From the UHGV virus genome UHGV-0129001: a stretch of 33,632 nucleotides of DNA; one strand, 5' to 3'. The translations under genes and the position numbers were made by a program. Below are positions 1-7,488 of the stretch, in pieces. The stretch's first letter is position 1; each line of letters begins with the position of its first letter. The notes beneath the pieces are model-generated. The model saw only the letters and a list, made by a program, of their open reading frames with translations, was not told the origin of the DNA and did not search any database. Source of the stretch: a virus.

Positions 1-29
1 CTTTATTATTTAGTATCACTATCTGTTAA

Positions 30-451
30 TTATTTTAAATTATCAACAATTATTTTTAGTTCTTTGATTTTATCATTTAACATTTTATTATTCTCATAAT
101 TTTTATTAATAAGGATTTCCAATGATGAGACTTTAGATTTTATTATATGATAAGCATGATTATTATTTTCTTTATATGTGCACCATTCTAAATTAGAAAC
201 ATTATTATTAAATGTATCACAATCTATATGGTTTACGCATGGTTTATTTTCTAAATTAGGTATAAATGCTTCTGCTACTAATCTATGAATTGCAACGTCT
301 TTCTTTGCCTATTGAATAAACCAACTCTATAATATTTGCCTGCTTTAGAATAATATAGATTTTTATTTGTTCTTAGACTTCTTACATTTCCAAAATTACT
401 AACTTGATATAAACCTTCATATCCCTTAATATCTTTCCAAATTTCTCGCAT
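30..451 (-). pseudogene. NUMOD4-HNH homing endonuclease, frameshifted (not in ORF track)
   Basis: Hand translation from ATG 451 (RBS GGAGG): MREIWKDIKGYEGLYQVSNFGNVRS (NUMOD4). Frame changes near 300-310, then [50 protein letters not shown] (HNH) to TAA at 30-32. Length 422 nt, one short of a multiple of 3. Confidence 0.85.
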
Positions 452-845
452 AACTTACACCTCCAATATATAAGTTAGAGGAATGATTGGAGCATTCCTC
501 AGCATATACCACAATGTCAAACTAGCCTACATACATTCGTATTTTAACTAATCAATGAAGTATATGAATTGATATGTAGTACTTGCAAGATAGATTTTTC
601 AATGTCTTACCATTTCTAACTTTACATATCAAGCTTAGTGCTTAAATTTTACCTCCACACGGGAAAATAGGCTTATAAGCACCATATTGAGTAAGTAAAA
701 TTTCGATTCCATTCCCATTATTATATATCGCTAATCAGGTACCATAGATATAAGCATAATAGGTTCGACCAGTTAGACACGTCCTCTCCAACATTCTCTC
801 TTTATTTACTCAATATGCTACTTACAAGAAGTAGCACTTATATAT
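451..845 (-). ncRNA. Candidate structured non-coding RNA or leader
   Basis: No ORF in track; promoter at 850-878; many inverted repeats (674-680/836-842, 683-699/801-817, 817-823/829-835, 569-578/623-632, 503-509/560-566, 478-500, 451-477). Confidence 0.5.
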
Positions 846-849
846 TTTA

Positions 850-878
850 ATTATATCATATTACTTCTACAAAGTCTA
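850..878 (-). promoter_or_regulatory. SigA-type promoter with extended -10
   Basis: TAGACT-17 bp-TATAAT, with TG at the extended position (TGaTATAAT). Confidence 0.7.
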
Positions 879-911
879 TATCAGGGTATTTTGTTCTTAT
901 AATTCTATTTT

Positions 912-1172
912 TTATTTCTTATTATCATATAAATTTCCTAAACTTTCTTTCATTATTTTTATAATATCATTTTCATTGTAGTTATTATCATCAACTGGTA
1001 TCATTTTTTCTCCTGTTACCGTTGAATTTTTATATCTTTTTACAAATGTATAATATAAGCAATCAGCATCAAATGACATAGTGTCTATCATTATATCTTG
1101 TTCTCTAAAACATTTAAATTGTGGAATGCCAAAATAACATCCATCAAATTTTTTATTATTTTTTATCTTCAT
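912..1172 (-). CDS. Hypothetical protein
   Basis: ORF overlapping the TerS stop; ATG 1172 preferred over GTG 1181. Confidence 0.65.
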   Translation of the reverse strand: MKIKNNKKFDGCYFGIPQFKCFREQDIMIDTMSFDADCLYYTFVKRYKNSTVTGEKMIPVDDNNYNENDIIKIMKESLGNLYDNKK

Positions 1173-1605
1173 ATAACACACTCTCTAATTTACTATTATC
1201 TACTACTTCTAATTTTATTGTAGGAACATTTATGTTTGTATTATTACCAGTACTATTCATTTCATTTACTTTTAATGATTTATCTACTAACACACCATAA
1301 GCAGTTGCTATGTCTTTAATATTCATTAATTCATCTTTATTTAATCTTTCTTCCATTTTTTCAAGACACAAATCTATAACTTTTTGTCTTTTTTCTTTAG
1401 TTTTGTCCATATATTCTAGAATATCTTTTGTATTTTGTTGCTTTTTTTCTAAGGCTTTTTCCGGAAAATCATCATCGCTTTTTACGATTCTTCTAACTGT
1501 CTTTTCATCAACTTTGTTTATTCTAGCAGTTTCAGAGTAATTACCATTATCGACATAGTCAGCAATTATCTTTTTTTTCTGCTTGTCTGTTAATCTGCTT
1601 GCCAA
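1156..1605 (-). CDS. terS: Probable terminase small subunit
   Basis: N-terminal HTH (LTDKQKKKIIADYVDNGNYSETARINKVDEKTVRRIV), helical middle, beta-strand tail (INVPTIKLEVVDN); upstream of TerL if the ends are joined; RBS AAGGAG. Confidence 0.7.
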   Translation of the reverse strand: MASRLTDKQKKKIIADYVDNGNYSETARINKVDEKTVRRIVKSDDDFPEKALEKKQQNTKDILEYMDKTKEKRQKVIDLCLEKMEERLNKDELMNIKDIATAYGVLVDKSLKVNEMNSTGNNTNINVPTIKLEVVDNSKLESVLYEDKK

Positions 1606-1630
1606 TTACTCATCAACTCCTTTTTATATG

Positions 1631-2050
1631 TTATTCTCCTTTTAACTCTGCCATTTCTAAATATTTATTATTTAATTCATTAACTACTTGTAAGGCTCTT
1701 ACTTTCTCATTAAATGCTTTAGTCATTCCTAATCCATTTTTAACTACCCATATTTGAGATACTTCTACCTCGGCATCAACTAATGTTCCCTGGTCTTTTT
1801 TATTATGTGTAATTGTGGATTTATCTACTGTCTTTATTGCTTTGATTTTATTGTATTTTGCATTTTTGTCAATTATTTTTTCAAATAATGCTTTTTTATA
1901 GCTAATTTCATCAAGTTCCATGTATTCACATCCACACATTAATTGTCCAATATTAAATAATGCTACATTTCCTTTTTCATCTTCATATTTTACTATTTCT
2001 TTTGTTACCTTTTCTATATTTTCATTAAATTTTATTAAATCTCTTTCCAT
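1631..2050 (-). CDS. Hypothetical protein
   Basis: 139 aa ORF with RBS AGGAGG. Confidence 0.75.
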   Translation of the reverse strand: MERDLIKFNENIEKVTKEIVKYEDEKGNVALFNIGQLMCGCEYMELDEISYKKALFEKIIDKNAKYNKIKAIKTVDKSTITHNKKDQGTLVDAEVEVSQIWVVKNGLGMTKAFNEKVRALQVVNELNNKYLEMAELKGE

Positions 2051-2051
2051 T

Positions 2052-2426
2052 TTATTTTCCTCCTAATTGTTTAGTTTCTTTTAATCTTCCTCTTAATTCT
2101 TGGTATATTTCTTGTGTTGTAATAAATATTTGTGGTATTTCATTTATTTTTTTCATTTCTCGCCAATATTTTCGTTCTTCTTTATCTTTTATTTTTGATA
2201 AATTAATTGTTCTAGATTTTATAATATCGTACAATGGCTCACTTTTAGGAATACTACCTAATTTCTTCTTAAATTCGTAAAATCCTAACTGTAAAAACTT
2301 TTCCCATGAGATATTTTCATATCTACTACAATAAAACGCATAGGCTTGATCTAGGTCTTCTTGATAAGCAAAACAAAATATTGTTTTATTTGACGCTTTT
2401 TTATAATTGTTACTTATCCGACTCAC
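2052..2426 (-). CDS. Gp15 (A118)-like tail assembly chaperone C-terminal part, probably reached by frameshift
   Basis: EDLDQAYAFYCSRYENISWEKFLQL...IPKSEPLYDIIKSRTINLSKIKDKEERKYWREMKK resembles the Phage_Gp15 pattern; GTG start with no clear RBS; overlaps the upstream ORF in +1 frame. Confidence 0.6.
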   Translation of the reverse strand: MSRISNNYKKASNKTIFCFAYQEDLDQAYAFYCSRYENISWEKFLQLGFYEFKKKLGSIPKSEPLYDIIKSRTINLSKIKDKEERKYWREMKKINEIPQIFITTQEIYQELRGRLKETKQLGGK

Positions 2427-2877
2427 TGGGAGTATTATCTTCAGTTGTACTTAACATAGCAAACTTTTGTGTAAATAAACTTACTGCTTGTATATCTTCA
2501 GGATTAGTTGAATTAATATCCATACCCATTTCAGTTAATAAACTTGGTAAATCCATTCCAAAAGTCTTTTCAAATATATTAAATATCATTTGTCCTTGTT
2601 CTTGTTCAATGTATCCTTGTTCAATATATTTTAGTTGGCTTTCATCGTAAGTTATATGCCCTTTACCGTCATCTATTTTTGTTACAAAGTCTTCTCTTTT
2701 GTATCCATTTTTTGACATTTCAGCTATCATTTTCATTCTTGCTGTTGCCGTTACCCGTTGCATATCAGCTGCAATATTTATAGTTCTTTTAAATGGTATT
2801 TCTTTTTCAATTCCATTCTTATCAGTATATTTTAATACATAATCATCTAATGTTTTCTTTATAAATTCATATTTCAT
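2410..2877 (-). CDS. Putative tail assembly chaperone (gpG-like)
   Basis: 155 aa, RBS GGAGG; overlaps the Gp15-like ORF; call rests on the pairing and on the lack of chaperones between major tail and tape measure genes. Confidence 0.45.
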   Translation of the reverse strand: MKYEFIKKTLDDYVLKYTDKNGIEKEIPFKRTINIAADMQRVTATARMKMIAEMSKNGYKREDFVTKIDDGKGHITYDESQLKYIEQGYIEQEQGQMIFNIFEKTFGMDLPSLLTEMGMDINSTNPEDIQAVSLFTQKFAMLSTTEDNTPSESDK

Positions 2878-2898
2878 TAAAGTTCCTCCAATACTACT

Positions 2899-2927
2899 AT
2901 TATATCATATTTTACTATTTATTTCCA
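2899..2927 (-). promoter_or_regulatory. Extended -10 promoter for the chaperone/TerS block
   Basis: TGGAAA-17 bp-TATAAT with TG at the extended position. Confidence 0.55.
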
Positions 2928-3103
2928 GTCTTAACAAGGCTATCACATCTTATACAATAAATGTCTCCGTCTTTGTTTGACATAAATAAACTTTTTTGCC
3001 CACATTTAGGACATTTATCTTTTGGCTTTTTATCATAAGTGTTTTTTATTTCCTCTAGCTTTTCTTTTTCTTTGTTTCTTTTTATTTTTCTAGCAAAATT
3101 CAT
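2915..3103 (-). CDS. Small Zn-ribbon protein
   Basis: CPKCG...CIRC; start moved to ATG 3103 (RBS AAGGTG). Confidence 0.7.
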   Translation of the reverse strand: MNFARKIKRNKEKEKLEEIKNTYDKKPKDKCPKCGQKSLFMSNKDGDIYCIRCDSLVKTGNK

Positions 3104-3117
3104 TAATTCACCTTCTT

Positions 3118-3174
3118 TCATAAAAGCAAAAGAAGAACAATAAGTATTAGTAAAATAATTAATTCCCAATCCAT
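3118..3174 (-). CDS. 18-aa hydrophobic micropeptide MDWELIILLILIVLLLLL
   Basis: Strong RBS AAAGGAGG shortly upstream of ATG 3174; fills an intergenic gap. Confidence 0.5.
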   Translation of the reverse strand: MDWELIILLILIVLLLLL

Positions 3175-3186
3175 ATTATTCCTCCT

Positions 3187-3474
3187 TTATAAATAATTTT
3201 TTCCATATCTTTCGATAAATTTATCAACTGTCTCATTTTTTTTTAGAATCCATAAGAATTCAGCTTCTCTTTTTAATGTTATGTCTTTGTCATGTCCATT
3301 TTTGCCATGTATTCCATTTGTGCCTCTATGACAATTGTGGCATAAATAAACTGTTAATCCGTCTTCATCAGCTTTTTTTCTATTCTTTCCAAAGATAACA
3401 TGATGCAATTCGGTATTTGTTATTATGTTGCATATATAACATTGTTCTTTTTTTGTTACAAATAAACTTTTCAA
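3187..3474 (-). CDS. Small HNH/Ref-like Zn-binding nuclease
   Basis: CYIC...ELHHVIFG...VYLCHNCHRG...GIH motif; follows SSB. Confidence 0.7.
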   Translation of the reverse strand: MKSLFVTKKEQCYICNIITNTELHHVIFGKNRKKADEDGLTVYLCHNCHRGTNGIHGKNGHDKDITLKREAEFLWILKKNETVDKFIERYGKNYL

Positions 3475-3902
3475 TTAAATGGTAACTCGCTTTCATCAAG
3501 CATTATTTGTTCGCCAAATTCTTTAAATACTTCATCATCTAATTTACTATTTTTAGGTTTATCTGAACTATCATTATCTTTGTTGGTGTTATTTTTACTA
3601 ATGAATTCCATTTTATCAGCTATAACTTTAGTTACATAGTGTTTACCAGTTTCGTTTTCATAATTTGATACTTGTATTCTTCCACTAATAAGTATCTTGT
3701 TTCCTTTATCACAATATTTTGTGATAGTTTCAGCTAGCTTATTCCAAGCCATACAATTTATAAAATCAACTTCTACTTCTCCATTTTGTTTCTTAAAGTT
3801 TCTATCTACTGCTAGGCTAAAATTAGTATTAGCCATATTACTAGATGTATATCTTAATTCAGGTTTAGATGTTAATCTTCCCGTTAATATTACACTATTC
3901 AT
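3471..3902 (-). CDS. ssb: Single-stranded DNA-binding protein
   Basis: MNSVILTGRLTSKPELRYT...FSLAVDR...DFINCMAW...; acidic tail ESELPF. Confidence 0.95.
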   Translation of the reverse strand: MNSVILTGRLTSKPELRYTSSNMANTNFSLAVDRNFKKQNGEVEVDFINCMAWNKLAETITKYCDKGNKILISGRIQVSNYENETGKHYVTKVIADKMEFISKNNTNKDNDSSDKPKNSKLDDEVFKEFGEQIMLDESELPFN

Positions 3903-4470
3903 ATTCTTCTCCTATCAATATTTTTAAATCTTTTTCATTTATTCTTTCTAATTTTACTAGTTTCCCTAAATGACCTTTTGGCAACCACATACAGTACAGC
4001 TCATCAACTGGCTCGCTTGCCATTTCATATAAGCTATTTTGCCAACTAACATAAAGTTCATCTAGATCATAAGTTGTTTTAATATCTATTATTGCTTTTT
4101 TATTATTTACTGTACCTTTTAAATCTAAAGTTCCACAATAAATATCTTTGTAAACTACCATTTTCTCACTATCAGTAATTTCTATGTTGTATTTTTTCTT
4201 TATCTCTAAATAGTCTTTAAAACTTTCTATTTGATAAATGTTTGGATTATAGTATTTTTTAATGTAAGCTAATGGTCTTTTAGGTTTCTTTTTTTCTATT
4301 ATTTCAATAAATTTATGCAGTTCCGTGCCATATTTGGCTTTGTCATTTAAGATATTTTCAGGTATTCCATCATATTTTGACGGAAATAATTCTTTTAATA
4401 TTTGTGTTACACTTCTAAGAATTACTCCGTCTTTTAAATAAATATGATTTTCTTCATAAAATTCTAGCAT
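3895..4470 (-). CDS. PD-(D/E)XK exonuclease
   Basis: SVTQIL...GTELH...E...YCGTLDL...IIDIKT...Q.SLY motif order. Confidence 0.85.
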   Translation of the reverse strand: MLEFYEENHIYLKDGVILRSVTQILKELFPSKYDGIPENILNDKAKYGTELHKFIEIIEKKKPKRPLAYIKKYYNPNIYQIESFKDYLEIKKKYNIEITDSEKMVVYKDIYCGTLDLKGTVNNKKAIIDIKTTYDLDELYVSWQNSLYEMASEPVDELYCMWLPKGHLGKLVKLERINEKDLKILIGEEYE

Positions 4471-4787
4471 TAGTTAAACTTAACATAGGCCTTTCTTTCG
4501 CTATAAACTAGGTATTTATTGTATAAATCTTGATTTTCTTTTTTAAAAGTAGTACTATCAAATCTTTTTGTCTTACTAGATTTATAATATGTTACTTTAA
4601 ATAATCCATCAGGACTTGTATACTTAGTTATTCCGTTTTCTTCCATTTTGTTTAAAAACATTTCTTTAATTTGTTCTTCCATTTTTGCAAGTTCTATTTT
4701 TGTCTTTTGCATTTTTTTAATGAATTTAATACCCTCGTTTGTTAACTCTAATTCATTATTTTTAATTTTAATTAATTCATTTTCCAT
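4470..4787 (-). CDS. Hypothetical recombination-module protein
   Basis: Coiled coil plus RFDSTTFKKENQDLYNKYL, reminiscent of YqaJ-family C-termini; start moved to ATG 4787. Confidence 0.65.
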   Translation of the reverse strand: MENELIKIKNNELELTNEGIKFIKKMQKTKIELAKMEEQIKEMFLNKMEENGITKYTSPDGLFKVTYYKSSKTKRFDSTTFKKENQDLYNKYLVYSERKAYVKFN

Positions 4788-4788
4788 T

Positions 4789-5448
4789 TTATTTGCTTCC
4801 TTTCTTTGCATAAATTTTTCCTATTAATTCACTAGCTTTTTTCATAGATAAATCTTCAATTTTGTCTATTTTATTTAACTTTAGCAACTTGTCTAAATTT
4901 TCATCTTCATAATAGCCTTCAAGAATAGTTATTTGCTTACTAGTTGCCTTTGGCTCTATCTTACTATATCCATTTTCAGGACTAGCCTCTTTGTCAGGAT
5001 CATCACCTGTACTTATTTTATAAGCTTTCATCAAAGCATATTTATCGGCATACGTCATTGCTTTTCCCGGAGCTTTATCACCTGTGTCTAATCCATCTCC
5101 ATAAGATGTAATATCAATAAATTCACTAGGATTATCAATGTTTACAAATCTATATACAGTTTCTATTCGCATAAATAAAGTATTAGTTTTTGTAATTTTT
5201 CCGTTGTATTCACTTTCTTTTACAAGAGTATCTTCTTCAATTTCTTCTCTTGAAAATGGGTAACTATAAACTCCATATTTACTTTCTAAAGGCTTAACTG
5301 CATCAAGTATATCTCTTTCGCTAACTGCCTTATAGCTAGCTTTTTGATTGACTTGTACGTTCAATCCTTTCACCACAACTGCCATTTCTTCAGTTATCTT
5401 TTGCATTTTTTCATAAATGTTCATAATGTTCATTTTTTCTTTTTCCAT
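4789..5448 (-). CDS. erf: ERF-family single-strand annealing protein
   Basis: YKAVSERDILDAVKPL...GDGLDTGDKAPGKAMTYADKYALMKAYKISTGDDPD; start ATG 5448 after RBS AGAAAGGA. Confidence 0.9.
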   Translation of the reverse strand: MEKEKMNIMNIYEKMQKITEEMAVVVKGLNVQVNQKASYKAVSERDILDAVKPLESKYGVYSYPFSREEIEEDTLVKESEYNGKITKTNTLFMRIETVYRFVNIDNPSEFIDITSYGDGLDTGDKAPGKAMTYADKYALMKAYKISTGDDPDKEASPENGYSKIEPKATSKQITILEGYYEDENLDKLLKLNKIDKIEDLSMKKASELIGKIYAKKGSK

Positions 5449-5477
5449 TTTTTTATTTCCTTTCTTTGTGAAAAACA

Positions 5478-5561
5478 AAAGAAGTTTGTAGAAACAAATG
5501 ATATTTTTTAGATGAACAACAATCACTTGCTTCTACAAACCTCTTTCGTTGTTCATCTAAA
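5478..5561 (-). promoter_or_regulatory. Structured leader of the ERF operon (interleaved helices)
   Basis: 5548-5561 pairs with 5507-5520 (14 bp perfect); 5522-5546 pairs with 5478-5502 (25 bp, 3 G-U). Confidence 0.7.
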
Positions 5562-5564
5562 TTA

Positions 5565-5593
5565 ATTGTATCATAATTCTTTTATTTTTTCAA
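5565..5593 (-). promoter_or_regulatory. SigA-type promoter of the recombination operon
   Basis: TTGAAA-17 bp-TACAAT with extended TG. Confidence 0.7.
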
Positions 5594-5615
5594 TGTTTTA
5601 TTCAAAATTAATGAG

Positions 5616-6212
5616 TTAATTTTGAATATTCTCCAGATATTCAGCTTTCAGGTTAATAACTGGACGGACACCGAAGGAAGCCGTCACGCTATACCACGGA
5701 TTCAAACAGCCTGAGGGCATCACAGCCCAAACGTAAGCATCCGAGTCGTTAGAATCGAAGTAAGACGGAGAGAGCATCCAATAATATTCATCTATACTCA
5801 TAATTCCTTTAGGTAATTTTTCAGTTTCTCTAATTGTTAATAATCTAATATAATCATCAGAATATTTGTCCTCATCATAATTTGTTTTCATAATGTTTAA
5901 TTCGTTTTTGTTAAATTCATCAATAAATTTTTCATTTAAAGTTTGTCTAATTATACTATCTGCCCAATCATTATTCTTTACATCTAGGTTAAATTTTACA
6001 TCATAATCATCATCAAGATATTCTTCATCAAATAAAGATTGCATAGTATCATTGTCTAATTTATTTTTCATCAATAAAGTGACATTATCATTATCTATTT
6101 TGATAATATACCATTCGTAACCATTATATTTTACTAAATCGTACAATTTAAAATTTTCCTCATCTTCTACTTTTTTGTATTTTATTCCATTAATTACTAT
6201 CATATTTTCCAT
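5616..6212 (-). CDS. DUF6273/CLec-like protein with a DGR variable-repeat-like C-terminus
   Basis: YNGYEWYII...WADSIIRQTLN...IRLLTIRE...YYWMLSP...VWAVMPSG...GVRPVINLK; 5641-5780 is 71/140 GC versus 14/60 at 5821-5880. Confidence 0.75.
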   Translation of the reverse strand: MENMIVINGIKYKKVEDEENFKLYDLVKYNGYEWYIIKIDNDNVTLLMKNKLDNDTMQSLFDEEYLDDDYDVKFNLDVKNNDWADSIIRQTLNEKFIDEFNKNELNIMKTNYDEDKYSDDYIRLLTIRETEKLPKGIMSIDEYYWMLSPSYFDSNDSDAYVWAVMPSGCLNPWYSVTASFGVRPVINLKAEYLENIQN

Positions 6213-6217
6213 TTTAA

Positions 6218-6718
6218 TTATTCTCCTTTAAAAAGCATTGTTTCTATAGCTTTTATATTATTTTCATTTCTTGCTATTTGCAAATACTCTATATTCCTAT
6301 TTTTTAAAGCTTCATATTCTCCTATAAACTCTTTTTTATTCCAAGTTTGATCGGAAGCCATACAAATATTTTGATATCCTATTACTTTAACCGCATAAGC
6401 TGTACTATCTTGCATTTCGCTAAATGCTTTATCTTGCTGATACATTCCGTATTTTCGTACTAATCCTAGTACTTTATTCCATTCATCTTCAGCTCTAGGT
6501 GTTTCTCCGACTTTTAAAGTAGCTATTTCTTTTTTTATTTCTGCTATAGTAGGTAAATAAGTATTTGTAGATATTTTATTTTTTATTGTCGTTTTAAATG
6601 TATCATAATCTTCATTTTTAAAAAAACTATACCATACCTCGCATTCTTCTTGATCAAATTCTTTATTGTATGCTATGCCTAAAAATTTCATTGCTTTTAT
6701 AAATTCTATTTTTTCCAT
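6218..6718 (-). CDS. Replicative helicase loader/inhibitor (G39P-like)
   Basis: EFIKAMKFLGIAY...WYSFF...YLPTIAEIK; directly after the initiator; start ATG 6718 (RBS AGGAGG). Confidence 0.7.
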   Translation of the reverse strand: MEKIEFIKAMKFLGIAYNKEFDQEECEVWYSFFKNEDYDTFKTTIKNKISTNTYLPTIAEIKKEIATLKVGETPRAEDEWNKVLGLVRKYGMYQQDKAFSEMQDSTAYAVKVIGYQNICMASDQTWNKKEFIGEYEALKNRNIEYLQIARNENNIKAIETMLFKGE

Positions 6719-6728
6719 ATCATCCCTC

Positions 6729-7487
6729 CTAAAAATCACTAATGTCAATGTCTAATTTTTTTGTAGTTATTTTTTTTCTTTTTTGATTTAGATAACTTTC
6801 AAATTTACTGCCAAATAAAGTTTCAGGTCTAAGATATATTTTCATTTTATCATCATTAAGCCATTCATCACATTTGTTGTCGATTACTGTTCTAAAGTCT
6901 TCAACTGTAAAGTTTTCATTTATTCTTGTTTTAATTAATTTTCTAGTTTTCTTTGATGTGAATCTGAATTTTGTGTTAGCTTTTAAATTCAAATATTCCA
7001 CAATGTCTTGATAAGGTATCTTGTCCTGTTTTGAAGAAACTGGACTATATATATTATTATTAATATTTGTATTATTAAGATATGTATTATTATCTTTTAA
7101 CTTTTTAACATACCCCTGTTTAACTTTTTGACATACCCTTGTTTCATTTTTTAACATACCTATGTCATTTTTTAACATACCCTCTTTTTCAGGATATGGT
7201 GGTCTTTGAATATGCAAAAATCTTCTGCTTATTTCTTTGCCATTGTATTCATAATCAATCATCAAATATCCTTTTTTTTGCAAATTTTGTATGACTTGTG
7301 AAACTCTTGACGAAGTCATATTAAACAAGTTCATAAAATATTTATTACTTGCAAAACACCCTATTTCTCCATCATCATAACTGTCAATTTCAACTAACAT
7401 TATTTTCTCTTGAAATGTTAAACCTTTATTTAGCCAAATTTCTTTAGGTATCCAAATTCCTTTAAATTGTCTTTGCTGTTCTTCCAC
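6729..7487 (-). CDS. Phage replication initiator
   Basis: N-terminal wHTH (FKGIWIPKEIW...CFASNKYF), C-terminal IPYQDIVEYLN...YLRPETLFGSKFESYLNQ; internal iterons; GTG 7487 after RBS AAGGAG. Confidence 0.9.
   Translation of the reverse strand: MEEQQRQFKGIWIPKEIWLNKGLTFQEKIMLVEIDSYDDGEIGCFASNKYFMNLFNMTSSRVSQVIQNLQKKGYLMIDYEYNGKEISRRFLHIQRPPYPEKEGMLKNDIGMLKNETRVCQKVKQGYVKKLKDNNTYLNNTNINNNIYSPVSSKQDKIPYQDIVEYLNLKANTKFRFTSKKTRKLIKTRINENFTVEDFRTVIDNKCDEWLNDDKMKIYLRPETLFGSKFESYLNQKRKKITTKKLDIDISDF
7050..7182 (-). repeat. Iterons and AT-rich tract (putative replication origin)
   Basis: Four copies of GGTATGT(T/C)AAAAA (ACATACC on + at 7108, 7131, 7154, 7175; spacing 23, 23, 21) next to an AT-rich tract at about 7050-7100. 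Confidence 0.8.
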
Positions 7488-7488
7488 T

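Noticed and set aside
755..780. GGTTCGA T-loop-like motif suggesting a tRNA
   Set aside because: No T-stem, acceptor stem or cloverleaf can be built around it.
451..845. Group I intron or hammerhead around the free-standing HNH
   Set aside because: No R/S (GACUA...UAGUC) pair, no split host gene and no CUGANGA core (only CUGAUUA).
856..918. Minus-strand frame EIKNRIIRTKYPDIDFVEVI*, reminiscent of a DUF1064-type C-terminus
   Set aside because: Only 20 codons, no start, and it overlaps the promoter; too little to call a remnant.
3100..3174. Possible TGA=Trp recoding (the micropeptide would extend to ...WKKVN*)
   Set aside because: Long genes are intact with TGG for Trp, and ATGA stop/start overlaps (13724, 14026, 25820) show TGA acts as a stop.
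7095..7185. Repeats as a mini-CRISPR array
   Set aside because: 13-bp repeats with 21-23 bp period inside the initiator gene fit iterons; no spacers or cas genes.
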